Shown piece by piece: positions 37,808-51,019 of a stretch of 64,000 nt of DNA (positions are counted from its first letter, which is position 1; each line of letters begins with the position of its first letter). The stretch is from Gracilinanus agilis (Eukaryota). Under the pieces are notes generated by a model. That model was not told the DNA's origin. It ran no database searches and worked only from the letters and a program-made list of their open reading frames with translations. The position numbers were made by a program, and so were the translations under genes. The stretch is taken from positions 752,118,929 to 752,182,928 of the forward strand of contig NC_058130.1 of assembly GCF_016433145.1 (NCBI RefSeq). Reading direction: 5' to 3'.

Positions 37808-38024
37808 CAGTGATGGTGAACCTTTTAGAGACTGAGTGCCCAAACTGCAACCCTCATACCACATGTGAGCCCCCAACCTTATCTGAGACAGAGGAAAAAG
37901 GAAGCCCTCTCAGTGGGTTGCTGGGCAGAGGGACAGGTGATGAGAGAAATGTCCTCTGGCACACATGGAAAGGAGGAAGGGAGCAGGCCTCTCCTATATG
38001 CATGCTATAGATTTGCTCATATGG
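37808..38024. mobile_element. hAT-type MITE, copy 2 (same family as 21253)
   Basis: Starts cagtgatggtgaaccttttagagactgagtgccc like copy 1; perfect 8-bp TSD ctctatac at 37800-37807 and 38025-38032. Confidence 0.85.
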
Positions 38025-38665
38025 CTCTATACTATTTGTTTGGTGATCTTATCAGCTCCTATAGCTCAATGATCTATGAAGATGAATCTCAAATATTTTT
38101 ATCCAGTTATCATCTCTTTTAACTTCCAGTCTTACATGCCCAACTGTCTTTTGGGCTTCTTGAATGTCATGTCCTCTGGACATCTTAAACTCCATATTGC
38201 TAAAACCTCATTATCTTTTCCCCAAGCCTTCCTATCTTTCAAATTTCCTCTGGGCTAGAAACTAAGGTGTCATTCTTGATTCTTGACTGTTTTCTCAGTC
38301 CCTTTTTATTCACATCTTTCATTTTTATTCCTGAAAAATGAGGCACCATATTGGGTACCCATGTGAACTGGTGGAGGGAGTGACCTCAAAGAAATCAATG
38401 GGTATCGAAGTGCTCCAAAAACTACTTAAGACGATTATATTTGACCTTCACCTTAAAAAAAGGTTCATTGACATCTTTTATTCAGTAAGTTATCTAAATT
38501 TGTAAACATTTTTCTGATACAATCCTCTCACATAAAATACTCTCTTGAACAAAGAAAACTGAAGCAGAAACACTGACAATAACTGTACCCTTGGTTCTCT
38601 ACCTCTTCTACAAAGGGGAAAACTATATTTAACTAATTGTTCTCCTGGGCCAAGATTATTCCTTT

Positions 38666-38856
38666 GTTTTTTTTTTTTTTTAAACCCTTAACTTCTGTGT
38701 ATTGGCTCCTTGGTAGAAGAGTGGTAAGGGTGGGCAATGGGGGTCAAGTGACTTGCCCAGGGTCACACAGCTGGGAAGTGTCTGAGGCTGGATTTGAGCC
38801 TAGGACCTCCTGTCTCTAGGCCTAACTCTCAATCCACTGAGCTACCCAGCTGCCCC
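38666..38856 (-). mobile_element. SINE1_Mdo-like SINE
   Basis: Full-length reverse consensus with poly-T; near-identical to the 9856 and 52291 copies. Confidence 0.9.
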
Positions 38857-40844
38857 CTCCTTTGGTTTTTAAAAGAAGATAATGAAAATACTGGAGTAAA
38901 GAATTGTCTTCCTGTTTTTCATTTGCTTCAATCTTTGATGAGCTCACAATTCAATAATTATGAATTCAGTTGTCAAGGAGATAATTATGATATCAAATAT
39001 AAAGGTTCAGGCTTTCTCAAAGGATCACACAGGAAGATGAGACCACCAAGATCAGTGCTAATATAATGTTTAAAAAACTAATTATAAGACAAATAATGAC
39101 ATAAGAGATTACAGGATTCACTTATCCTGGAAATATCATCATTTTCTTCCATGCTTAAATTGTAGATTTCCATTTATAATGTTTTATTTTGGAGAAGAGC
39201 CCCTAAATGGTACAATTTAAATATTAAAGTTAACAAAACTTTAATAAGCATTTACCAAATAGCTGCCATGTGCATGGAATTGTGGATACAAAGAAAAAAC
39301 CTAAGTTCTTTCCTTTGATCTTATATTTTATTTGGGTACAGTATGCTGTAGTGGACAGTACACAGGCCTGGCTTTAGAGACCTGGGGTCAAATCTTGTCT
39401 CAGATACCAGTTGTGTCATCATGACAAATCACAACCTTGAAGTGTTTCCTCATCAGTAAAATGGATATAATAATCCTTTACTTCATCTTCCAGTTAACAT
39501 TTGCTCAGCCTCACAGAGTTGTGGGGAAAGCATTTTAAACACCCTAAAAAGTGCTTAATAAATAAGTTATAGACACTGGAGGCAGGTGTGTCATTTACTA
39601 CTCGAGCACAAAAAAGGGGGAAAGTCTAACTACAGTCTGGCTGGATAGCCTTGAGGAAAATATATGAAACAGATTTAAAAAAAAATACTCCGAAACTTCT
39701 AATCCCAACAACTTCTATTGGAGGGAGACTGGCTTTTCCATTGGCCAAAAATACAACACCTAAACAAACAGGTTTCATTGCTGGCAAAAATGTTTAAGAC
39801 TCCACCAGCTCACACATAATGCAAAGATCTGATTATAAAGCTTGATTATTTTGGTGCTTTATTGTGGCCATCAAACAAACCTATCTTCACATCTTATATA
39901 GTATTTAACTTAAAATAGAATAACTAAAAACTCAAGCTTTTCATCTTACATCAGCCCTGCTTCAGGTTTTCCACATGACTTTGCAAAAGTGTCTTCCTAT
40001 ATGACTCAGAATATGTAAAGTTCAGGCCAGTTCTGTGATCCCTTAGGATTCAGAGATCCATCAGTTACAAATCACTCCTTGATTAAAGCAGTTTTTTGAT
40101 CCAGACCTGTGATCCCATTAAAGTAGAGAATCCCAGGTGAGGAAACTCCTTCTGCTTCCCTCCACTAAGGCAGGTCAGTAACTATTCTGCAATCATAGTT
40201 TGAGAGTTGCCAGGGCTAGGAGATTAAAGTGACTTGCTCAAGGACACTCAGGCAGTGTGTGGCAGAGGCAGCATTAGTTCCCCCTATCAGGTATACTGGA
40301 CAGAGGCATTATGACTTGTTTAAAAAAAAAAAAAAGCCCGAGTAATAAACTATTTATACACATAATGTTAATCTCTTCCAGACAGAAACAGATATAGACA
40401 GATAGATGGATAGTCTCTCCTATTAGAATGTGGGTTCCTTAAGAGATGGGATCCTTATTTTTGTATTTGGATCCCCAATATTTAATAGTGCTTTGCACAC
40501 TGTATGTTTTTTTCATTCATTCCTTTTTCCAAGCTTGGAGTGGAAGAAAGAGGTTTCAAAACAGCAGGCAGAATAATTTTGATTAGACATTTGGGTTTAC
40601 ATGTATTATTTCCCTCTCCTATTTTTTCCACCTAAACTGACACCTGGCACATAGCAGGCACTTTAATAATACTTTATGAAAATGATTTGAGTGAGGGCTG
40701 CTAGGGGATATATGCTCCTTTAGGTTCAGGGTTATTTTTGGAATCTAGGAGGCATTTTATGAAGACTGAGGGGGAAGGTTTTGAAGTGGGAGGGGGGTGT
40801 TAAAGCCACCTGGAGGAGGTGGAGGCCGAGGTGGCCGGCTTCTA

Positions 40845-41030
40845 GGGGGAGGAGGGAGGGAGGAAGGAAGGAAGGAAGGGCTGAGAAAAAAGGATTAGGA
40901 AAGGGAAGAAAGTTGGGAAGGAAGAGAAGCAGGGAAAGAAGGAAAGAGGAAAGGAAGGAAGGAGAGGAGAAGGAAGAGAGAGAGGAAGGAGGAAAGGGAG
41001 GAGAAAAATAAAGAGGGAAGGAAGAATAAA
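40845..41030. repeat. Purine-only (GA-rich) low-complexity tract next to the promoter
   Basis: Near-continuous G/A run (ggaaggaagg, gagagaggaagg). Confidence 0.9.
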
Positions 41031-41314
41031 ATATCTTTTCTAGGCTAGGCCCCTATCAACTATGAGGTCCTGGGAAGGGCAGGCACGTCGGGGCATCCAG
41101 TGGAGCTCCCGGGGGAAGCCAAATCTCAGAGCCCGCGGCGGGGTCTCCTTCTCCTCCAGACCATGATAGACTCCTATTCACAGCTGAGGGAAATTGAGGC
41201 CCTCCGAGGTTCTGCTTCCCCGGCACGGCCGCGTGCGGGGTCCATGAGAGATAGACCTTGGCCGGAACGACGCAGAGGCAAGAGGATGGCCGCGCTCGCA
41301 CTGGTGTCTCTTAC

Positions 41315-41400
41315 CTGGGCCCAAGAAGGAGCAGCCAGGAACACTCTATAGGATAAGGAGACCAAACATCCACAGGCAGAGGAAAAAAAAAAAAAAAAGA
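41315..41400 (-). other. MTRFR: Putative non-coding exon 1 of MTRFR (5' end approximate)
   Basis: Strong minus-strand donor CAG|gtaaga (plus strand tcttac|ctg at 41314/41315) inside the CpG island. A non-coding first exon is required because the coding exon has an acceptor 8 nt before its ATG. Confidence 0.5.
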
Positions 41401-41639
41401 CCGGAAGAGCATGCGCCTACGCATGCGCTTTCCTTTCTCCGCCTCCCACCACCTTGACGTTTTTCTTTGGTACATTGCGCAAGGGAGCCGTTGTTAGTCC
41501 CGCCTACGTGATGGGAAAGAGTACGAGCAGGCCAATCAGAGAGGGCGGGAGGGGAGGAGCCCCGCCTCTCTCCGGCTGGGTTCTACACACCCCACAATCA
41601 ATCCGCCGTGAAGCGGGGAGTGGCACCTGCGCGGGCGCG

Positions 41640-41788
41640 CGCCTCCCCTCCGCCGTCCCTTCCCCCCCGCCCCTTTCCAACGCCCGAGCGGCCAATTGCC
41701 AGCGGGGCACGGGGTGCACGCACTCGGTTTTTAACGGTCGCGCTGGGCAGCTCGCCTTGCCCTTACCATCGGCTAGGGCGCTCCCCAG
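41640..41788 (+). other. MPHOSPH9: Putative non-coding exon 1 of MPHOSPH9 (5' end approximate)
   Basis: Donor CAG|gtatgg at 41788/41789 inside the island; the next exon has a clear acceptor at 43531/43532. An alternative donor (ct|gtgagt) near 42010 is also possible. Confidence 0.4.
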
Positions 41789-43697
41789 GTATGGGGGCCG
41801 TGAGCTCTAGGAGGTTGGGGACAGGGGGGCCGTTCCCCCAAGGGCACTTGAGATGGCTAAGAGTTGTCGAAGCCCCTGGCAGCTTGGGGAGACCCGCTAA
41901 GGGAGGGGGAGGGGGCGGGGGCAGGGCGGAGCGTTTGCTGCGGCAGTCCGGCCTCCAGTCTGCCACCTCATGACAGGGGTTGTGGGGGTGGGGAGGCGGG
42001 GCCTGTGCCTGTGAGTGACGTTTCTATGGCTCAATTGCAAGTCGACTTCCGAGGGCGGGGCTTGTTAAGGAACCTCCTGGAAGTTCCGTGTCTTGGCTGG
42101 CTGTTAGGTTCTTGGCTGCGGGGTCGAACGGGAGCTGTCAGTGGTTTGCCTGTACTCTTCATTCTTTTTCCCTTCCCTCCTCGTTCGGACTTGCTCCTGG
42201 CCGCGTCTCTTTTAGCTTTAGTAGCTAGCCGTCTCTAGCTCGGCCATCCATGATGGGTGACCCAGGCTGGTGGTGACAGTTGGGGCCATTCCATTCCCCC
42301 TTCCCACTTTGCGTCCGTGAACAGTCTGTGGGCCAGTAGGGGATGGCCTCAATTCCACCCTCCTCCCACCCCCAACCCCCATCCTTTTCGCCGAATGAGG
42401 CAAAAGCTGATTAACCCGTGTTCTGTGACTGAGAAAGGGGAAAACCCACACCAGTCCGCACCGAATCCCGGATTTATTTTGCAGTATCACGATTTCCAAT
42501 CGGGCTAATTTAGACAGATTCCACATTGAGAGCCTGGTGCTTCGGTTTAATTTATTTTTTTTCCTTTCTGACTAGAAAAGCGCTTTTGAATTTCAGCTTG
42601 GACCTACATCTCCATCCACTGCATCAGGATTACCTCACTGGGAAAGGAATAGCCTGAAATGCAAATCTGTCTTCTCAGGAAGCTTGTTTTCCAGATAGAA
42701 ATCCGACGCACAAGAGGCAAGCTGATTTGAATTCAGATTATTTTATTCTTTTGGCTAGTGTAGATGCTGTCTGGACTTTTTTTTTCCCCTTCTGTAACTA
42801 TGGTGTCATTCAGCTGGTGTGACTGCCGAAATCTCTGACGAGAGAAATCTACTCAGCTGGTTCTATTCCCCCTTTCATTCTTATATTTGTGTCTTTGGGA
42901 AATGTCCTTTTTATGGACTGGTGTTCTTAATCATGTCCCCTTTATGAATAGGTCTCGAGTTGGAAAATAGTAGAAAAAAAATTTGGGTAAAACGTGTAGG
43001 ATAAATTGCAATAATTTGCATTTTTAATCCTAGGTTTTAAATTTTGATATTTTCTGTTTGTGTGTGTTTTAAGGACCTGAGGTTATTTGAAGGAGGCTGA
43101 TTGTTTGAATTGTTTGAATATCAAGTAGAGTATTTATATGCTCTTGGGTATGTAGAACAAATAGCCTTTGATACAGAAATAGTTCTAAATCATAGAGCTT
43201 AATTAAAGAAACCAAATGAGTTACTAAACAAAAGTTATATTGGTGTTTTTGCAAACAAGTATCCATGTACAAAACCACAGACAGCAAAATGAGTTACTTT
43301 TCCATGTGTCCTGGTCCAGCTCATGTTAGTGTTTTTTGTTATGTAACAGAATTGTGTCTAGGAGATAGATTTTTTTTTTAGAAAATTCAGTAATATCACT
43401 AAAAAAGTGATGTCATTTTACAAGTCCATCTTTTGATATGTATTTATGTGCAAAAATTAAAATATTTCCAGTCATGGAAGAACAGGAGATATATTTAGTA
43501 GCTTTTAAGTGTTTTCCATTCATTTTTTCAGAATCTGTTGGAAGCTTAGGACTTTATGCTTCTGAATGTTAGGAACTGAAAATGTCCCTAGATGATGAAG
43601 TACCTGAAGATGAATCGGATTCAATTTCTTCAAAGAATGAAGTCAAGCTACTTTTTCAAATAAGAGAATGTAACCACATTCCTATTAGACATATACT

Positions 43698-43807
43698 ATG
43701 GAAGATTTGGACTTGGTGAAAACTATACAAGAAACCTTTCCATCTTCTATAGAATCTGATGTCAAAAATACTCACAATTCTGTTGGAAATAGCTTAATTA
43801 CTAACAG
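43698..43807 (+). CDS. MPHOSPH9: MPHOSPH9 first coding exon (CDS part; exon starts 43532)
   Basis: Acceptor cattttttcag| at 43531; ATG in strong context (actATGg) with an in-frame TAG just upstream; MEDLDLVKTIQETFPSSIESDVKNTHNSVGNSLITN+AG resembles recalled human MEEFDLVKTLHKTSSSVGSD; donor AG|gtaaca. Confidence 0.88.
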
Positions 43808-44139
43808 GTAACAATGGAAAAGTGAAAAAAATTTAAGCAGTTATATATGGTAATGCATATTAATTCCATCTAACAGTTCAATTCGACCCACAATTAAGCA
43901 TCTCAAACAATAGGTGCTATTTATTATGTATATTTGCATAGTACACAGATTCATGCTAAATCATATCCTTTTGAATTTTGAATTCTGTAGTTTCGTAGTG
44001 ATATTTATATAACCAGGAATTATTTAGGTGTAACTAATTAGTTTATGTACTATGTCAATCTGGCTTAACTTTCCCCCTTCATGTTGCTCACTTCTTTAAC
44101 ATATTTTAAAACTTTACTTTTCTCTGAGGAATAGATAAA

Positions 44140-44720
44140 TAGTAACTTGCTATTCTGTCTGTGGTCTTATACATGAGGTTTTGGGAGGGGTTTGGTGAAG
44201 AGGTCCTGCCCCTTCACAGATGTGGGTGGGTTCTAATCACCTAGTAAGGAAGCCAAGGACTGGAAAACATATGGGGAAAAAATGGGTTTAAGGTTGAGTG
44301 TAGAAGAGCATAGAGAAAATGAGAGACAAAAGACACGGAGAAAGATCCCATGGGATGTGTGTGTTGTGGGTCAGGGAGACAAGTCTGAGAGAGAGAGCAC
44401 ATGCTTGTCTCTGAGCCTGATTGGTTTATTATATGGTTAACACATTGGGGGTTGCTGGGTACCCTCAGACAAAGGAAGCAGCAAATGTTTTTACAGAAGA
44501 TTACAACTCCAATTACAAAGATAATGAAACAGGTGGTAATACATTTGTTCAGCCAGGTGGCCAGGAAGGAGTTACTTGCAAGTCCTTCCTGACTAGTGTA
44601 AACTTCTTTCTTCTCGGAACCCTGGCCAAAACTTTTTCTGATGGAAAGTTAGGACTTTGAGTTTCCAAAAGACCCTTTCAATCTGTCTGCCAGCAACTGC
44701 AGCTCTTCACAATCATAAAA
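44140..44720 (-). mobile_element. Possible solo LTR / ERV-derived insert
   Basis: GC-richer block in an AT-rich intron; on - it carries atatAATAAAcCAATCag followed by a CT-rich stretch, which is LTR-like. Termini not defined. Confidence 0.3.
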
Positions 44721-46861
44721 GCTTAATTTTTAAGTTCAACAATATTTTTACCCAATCCAATTTAAGGATTCAGTATAGACCAACCATGTGAAATATTAAT
44801 AATATATCCAGATAAGTCTGATCCCTGAACATATTGCTCATAGAATCAGCTTTTGAATACATCTTTAATATTTTCATGATTCATCATTTACTGAAACCTT
44901 TCATTAGAAATCACATTTCTTTGAGATCTTATATTGGGTCTCCTCAAAGATTATTTCCAATATTTGATCTTAAAGTTACAAAATTGGTGGTTTATAATAT
45001 ATTAATACCTTTCTTGTTTGGAACTACACCATTCAGCAATATCACTTATCTAAAATGAGGCTGACACCTAAAGAAATGAAAAAGGCCTTTGAACATCAAA
45101 AATATTTGTCACAAAGGCCACATAATTTGACTCATAAATCATTAGTTACTCATTTAGAGTATTTTACATAGAGTTCTGATCAGCTTAGTCAAATCCATAG
45201 CAAATTAAAAGTTGAGAGCAAGAGTTCTCTGGCAGACATATTAATAATGAGTGATAGTTGACATACTGATATCAAGGGCATAAAACTGGGAAAACACAGT
45301 AATACTAGTGCAAACCCCAAAAGTGTATAATTGGTCTTTAATGTAACATTGGGCAGCCCCTCATACCTCCAGGCACTAAGGATATTAATGTATTTACTCT
45401 ATCTCCTAACACAAATTACTTAAAGTATGTAAAATGTTTTAGAAATCTTTAAAAAGGGGGATGAAGTACATACACATCAGCTTTAATGATGTAGTTCATA
45501 ATGATTTTAACTGAGGCATCAAGAAAAGTTTAAATTCTTTTTGTTTAGAAAGGTGGGAATTATAAAATATTTTGGAAAGATTTCCATTTAATATGACCAA
45601 AATATTTTGGTACTTAAAAGGGATAAATCCTCAGCTTTCTGGAAAACTTGATTATCCAGAATAATTCATTTCTCAAGGGCTTATGATAGCCCTTGACATA
45701 TGTAAAAAAAACAACACCACCAAAACCCCATTATGATGAGGTTTTAGCCTACACTTGATATAGAAGAAAGATATACCTAACACATAACATAACGGATAAT
45801 ACATCTCAAAATATTATAAGTGTGTTGGTCTTTTAACTTAAAAAAATAATTCATACTTAAAATTATGCTATTGTATGCCATGTATAATAATTTAAAATTT
45901 GAAGCTATTTGATGGACTGGTGATTTCAATGATGTAGATTCTCCTTCATACCAAGGTGTATGGCAACTCTTTCACATCATTCCCATATAATTTTTGGCCA
46001 TATATTTCTATAAATCCTCTACAGAGGTTCTAATCTATCAATTAAAATCTTCATTTTTTTACTATTATGTGTATGTATGTGTATATGCATATATATAAAA
46101 CTACCACTATATATATATGCTTTATATATACATACACACATGATTAAAGATGGAAATTTATGTACATTTATATTTTGTGGGGGACATTGTTCATCTGTTG
46201 TCCCCCATTATTGCTGTATGACTGGCCATCTCCTTTTCTATTCAATACATATTTTTGAAAAATATCTCTCTTGTTGTAGCCTGTTTACTTTTACATACTT
46301 TTTGTTTTCTATTTTCCATTGGAATTGTCCTTTTGATTCTTTTGAAATTATGGCATTCTTTGATACACAGTCAGAGTGTCATATGGAAAATTTTGATCTT
46401 GAAGGGATGACTTTTTGAAAAACTTGAAAGAGATTGACCCAAGTACTGTGTGTGTGATTTCTCAAATGCAAATGCAATCTAGCCTGATCTAATATTGCAA
46501 TTTTGGGTCCAGTTCCTTGTTAGACAGTGACACACATATACATTGATGAACTAATTTGATTTGGCTTCCCCTTAATAGCTTTTGACTATCATCATTTGAG
46601 TAATGCTTTTTTTTTTTTTTTTAAACCCTTGCCTTCTGTCTTAGAATTGATAATTGACTAAGGCAGAAGAAACAGTAAGGAGCTAGGAAGTATCTCTGGT
46701 CAGATTTAGCAGTATACATTTTTTATCTGCATACTTTTTTTAACAATTAAAATTTATGGCTATAAATTTAAAATTGCCAAGGATAGTTCCAAATAGATTT
46801 TTTTTATATGAATCCCTTTTTGGCTTTATTCATATGTACTTAATTGTATTATGGATAGGCA

Positions 46862-47180
46862 TTTTATTTTTAAGTTTATTTAATTAATTTAGAATATTTT
46901 CCCATATTTACATGAATCCTGTTCTTTCCCTCCCCTCCTCCCAACCCCCTTCCCTAGCTATTCTACTGGGTTTTACATATGTCATTGATCAAGACCTATT
47001 TCCATATTATTAGTATTTGCACTAGCCTTGATCAAACTATGTGATCAAGCAGTTGTTTTTCTTCTGTATTTTTACTCCCACAGTTCTTTCTCCGGATGTG
47101 GCTAGTTTTCTTTCTCATAAGTCCCTCAGAACTGTCCTGGATCATTGCACTGCTGCTAGTAGAGAAGTCTATTATATTCG
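46862..47180 (-). mobile_element. Opossum-type LINE-1 3' end fragment
   Basis: tttatttaattaatttagaatattttccc...atcaagacctatttccatatt...actcccacagttctttctccggatgtgg...gtcctggatcattgcactgctgctagtagagaagtc, typical of the marsupial L1 3' end in antisense. Confidence 0.8.
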
Positions 47181-47857
47181 ATATCACCCACATTGTTTTT
47201 TGAAGTGTGAGGATGGTTAAGCAGATTTCCTTTTACTGAGAGGAGGCTTTGTAATGGTCTCTGGTTTGATTGATACAATTGAAAATCTGAAGCAAGTCAT
47301 CTTAAGTTTTAGACTATAGCACTATATTAAAAAAGTTGGGTTTTTTTTCCATAATAGCTTTTTAAACTACTATTAAATGGGCTAAATATTTTTTGTTTAC
47401 AATTTTAATTTGCTTAGCACTTCCATTCATGGATAAATTTCATTCAAATATAGTTATATCAAGTTAGTGAATTCTAGTTGAAGTTTCACTGTAATTCTCA
47501 AAGATATGGTATAAATTTAGTAATCATCAGTGAAAAGATTCTCATGATGTTTTAGGTGTGAGAAACTTGAAGTTTTGACATACAGTTGCATTAATTTTTT
47601 TTATTTTTTCTTTTTCATTTTCAGGAAAGCTGATACCTTTGGAGAAATATTGAATTTTTTTTGTGTTTTTTAAAATAAAGAGCTATCACTATTTCTTTCT
47701 CTTTTATTATTATATGTAATCCTCTGATCAGATTTTCAGCAAGTGAGATCTCATTAAGTAGAATTAAATACCTGTGGTTTTGTGTTGATTTGCTAGTGAA
47801 TTATTTAGCAGTTCAGGAGAATGAAGAAAACCCTTTGCATTATTTATGTTTCCACAG

Positions 47858-48017
47858 AAGCAGAAACCCTCTCCTCCCAAGTACAAATGGGTTGTCCTCT
47901 TTCTCAGGGAAGACCAGAATCTCTGTAATTCGGAGTGCAGTTGAATTCCTAACCACTTTTATGCAAGATCTACAAAACTCTGGCCAGGCGGATTCTGAAA
48001 TTTGGAGGAAGTGTGAG
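47858..48017 (+). CDS. MPHOSPH9: MPHOSPH9 coding exon 2 (160 bp)
   Basis: Acceptor tttccacag|; ...PSTNGLSSFSGKTRISVIRSAVEFLTTFMQDLQNSGQADSEIWRKCE; donor GAG|gtagct; phases 2/0 consistent. Confidence 0.93.
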
Positions 48018-49895
48018 GTAGCTATCAGAAGCCCATAGAATTATTCTTGGAAAAGAGAGAAATTTGACTTCATTCCTTGGTTAATTCTCTTTCCCTCCCT
48101 CTCTCACTTCTTTCTCTCTTACCCTTTCTTTCCCTCTTTATCCTTCCCCACCTTTTCTCTTATTCTCTCTTCCTCTCCTTAGATACCATGCTCAAATATG
48201 CAATTTATTAAATATTTAGAGAGTAAAAGATAACCAAAATGCTTGTCTTTTCAACATCTACTTAAGTGCAGTAGCACAATAAGTAGATATATTTTGCAAT
48301 ACTAATTTGTTCTTGTTCTGAGTTTGTACTTGTACCAGATTCACCTTCAGAGTAGCATAAAAGTTCTTAAAATTTGAACAAATTGAATAATTTGAAAAAA
48401 ATCATAGATATACACTTCATATTTTAATAATTTGAAAAAAATACCCAAAGCCTGCTTTGAAGTAAAATTTTCAAAAGTAATTCTAAACCAAAGTTTCTAT
48501 TTAGTCCCATATCACATTTGCCATTTGTAGGAAATTCTTATTATAATGAAAGATAAAATAGAGAAAATATGGGATAAATTAAAAAAATATTCCTGAAAGC
48601 TATCTCTAGGAGTTGTATTATCTGTAATTATTGAAATTTTGCCAGTGAAACATGTTACAAAGATTAAAAGTCAATAGTTTTCAAAATTTTTATATAAGGA
48701 TAATAGAAGTTTTTTGTTTGTTTTTCCTTGAGTTCAAATTCATTCTCAAGACACTTTCTAGTTGTGTGACTCTTGGCAAGTCTTAACTTCTGTTTGCCTC
48801 AGTTTCCTTGTCTATAAAATGGAGATCTTAATAGCAGCTACCTTCCCAGGATTGATGTGAGGATCAAATGAGTTAATTACAAAGTGTTTAGCACAGTGCC
48901 TGGCAGATAGTAAGCTCTTCGTGAAAGTTAGCTATGGTTACATTGTTGTTATAATTATTCCTTATTAGGAATAATTTTTTATTTTTTGCTACAGTAAGGC
49001 TAAGGTAAAGGCTTTTAATTTACCATTAAAGATATAAAGCAAACACACTTTTCATTTTCTTGGAATAAGAAGATATTTATTTACATGACTTAATGTAGAT
49101 AAAAGGGTTTTATTAATTTTAATGAACTCACACTTGTTTAACTAGTAACTGCAACTTTTCATTTGTTTTCTGTGAATAACTCAAAACAGCAACTGAATTT
49201 GGAAATTCTAAGTTCTAAGGAAGCATCCAAATTTACCCATCATGTCAGTATCCATATTGTTTTTCCTTTTTTCTCAGTTTAGTTAAAAACAAAACAAAAA
49301 CAAAAGGTGGTGGCATAAGTAATAAGCACCACATCATTATCAAAATTTTGGAATTTGCATGATTCACCAATTCAGTGAAGAATTGTTTAAAATTTTGTAC
49401 TTTTTAACATGAATTTGGAGGAAGCAGATCATAGTTAAGATCCACTTCTGGTTTGAATTGGAGCCTTATCACAATGTTGAATGAGTTATTAATCCTCTGG
49501 GCTTCAGCTTCCTTATCAACCCTAAAACCATGATTCAATCATATTCTTTTCATCTATTTGAGTGATATTTTGAGAAGGCAGTTAATATTTCTATTCCTCT
49601 TTGTGCAAATAATTGATACAAAGGATAAAGGGCTTCTTTTTTTCTTTTTGGCAATATGATATGATGCAAAAGATCTTAGATAAGGCGGAAATTTAGTTCA
49701 AAGTAAAATAGTTGAAAATAAAGCATAATTTGAGAGTACCAAGTAATTGTGCACATCATGCAAATGTATGTAAAATGAAGATAATATTAAGATTAACCAC
49801 AAATAAATGACAGGCCTTTTAAGAATTAAAAAATAGCCATTATTTATATTTTTATGTTATCATTTAATTAAATCTACCTCTTTACATGCTTTTAT

Positions 49896-50085
49896 TTATT
49901 TTTAAAACCCTTACCTTAATACATAGTATTGGTTCCAAGGCAGAAGAGTGGTAAGGGTTAGGCAATGGGGGTCAGTTGACTTGCCCAGGGTCACACAGCT
50001 GGGAAGTGTCTGAGGCCACATTTGAACTTAGGACCTCCTGTCTCTAGGCCTGGCTCTCAATCCACTGAGCCACCCAGATGCCCCC
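49896..50085 (-). mobile_element. SINE1_Mdo-like SINE
   Basis: Reverse consensus ending ...tccactgagccacccagatgcccc. Confidence 0.88.
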
Positions 50086-51019
50086 TCTTTATATGCTTTT
50101 AATAGCAAGTTTTATATAAACTATTTAATGTAGAGAATATATCTGTACTTTATGTATTTCTGAGATATTTCAGATCAAATACAATCTGATAGAAAACCAT
50201 TATCTTCTCAATGGCCTATATACCAAAGTAATAAAAATAGAGTAACTATATAGTGACATGGCAAGTATATACAAATAATTTTGATTTGGATATACTGTAA
50301 TAAAAATTTATGGCAGTGTTTTCAGAAGTACAGAGTACTTTATAAAGGTATGTTATCCCAATTAAGCTAATGAACTACAGATATTATCTCTATTTTACAA
50401 GTGTAGAAACTAGCTCTAGGGAGATGAAATGACTTACTCATGGACACACAGTCACCAAGCATTTACTAAGTGCCTACTGTGTGCCAGGCACCAGAGATAC
50501 AAAGAAAGGCCAAACCATTGTCCTTTACTTCATGGAACTCCCATTTTGATGGGGCAGATAACATATATGTACAAAATGTATACAGCATGGATGGAAGGTA
50601 TTAGAGGTAGGATCTGTATCTGTGGACCTTCTTGTTCCTAAGGTCAGCATTGTTGTGTTCTACGCTCTACTGCTTTTGTGACTTATTCCTTCAGGCCTAG
50701 TAAAATATTCCAGCTTTGATTTAGTTTAAATTCAGTGAATTTCAATAAATATTAATAAATTTTGCATTTTCATTTTCAGAAACTTTGAATATCTTATGGT
50801 ATAATCTAGATTTTAGTCTCATTCAAAAAGTCAAGATTTAACTTATCCTACATACCCTGCTCCAAAGTTACATGATTTAGGAGAAATACTTAATATCTTA
50901 TTTAAATAAGATAATTTTATTTCCCCCTAAGTGGGCTATCTTCTCATGTTTTATTGTCAATTTAACTTAGAAAAATTATTCCTCAGATTGGGAAGGAGGA
51001 GGAGAATTGGGAAAGAAGC

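Larger units (their letters stand above)
41080..42450. promoter_or_regulatory. CpG island / bidirectional promoter of MTRFR (-) and MPHOSPH9 (+)
   Basis: CpG-dense island between divergent genes. ETS/GABPA ACCGGAAG 41400-41407, two NRF1-type GCATGCGC at 41409-41416 and 41421-41428, TGACGT 41456-41461, CCAAT 41532-41536 and GC boxes. Confidence 0.85.

Noticed and set aside
40781-41011. Lys/Glu/Arg-rich ORF resembling the CDK2AP1 cryptic exon
   Set aside because: Translation of a pure GA low-complexity tract with no fixed protein period, splice context or poly(A) signal.
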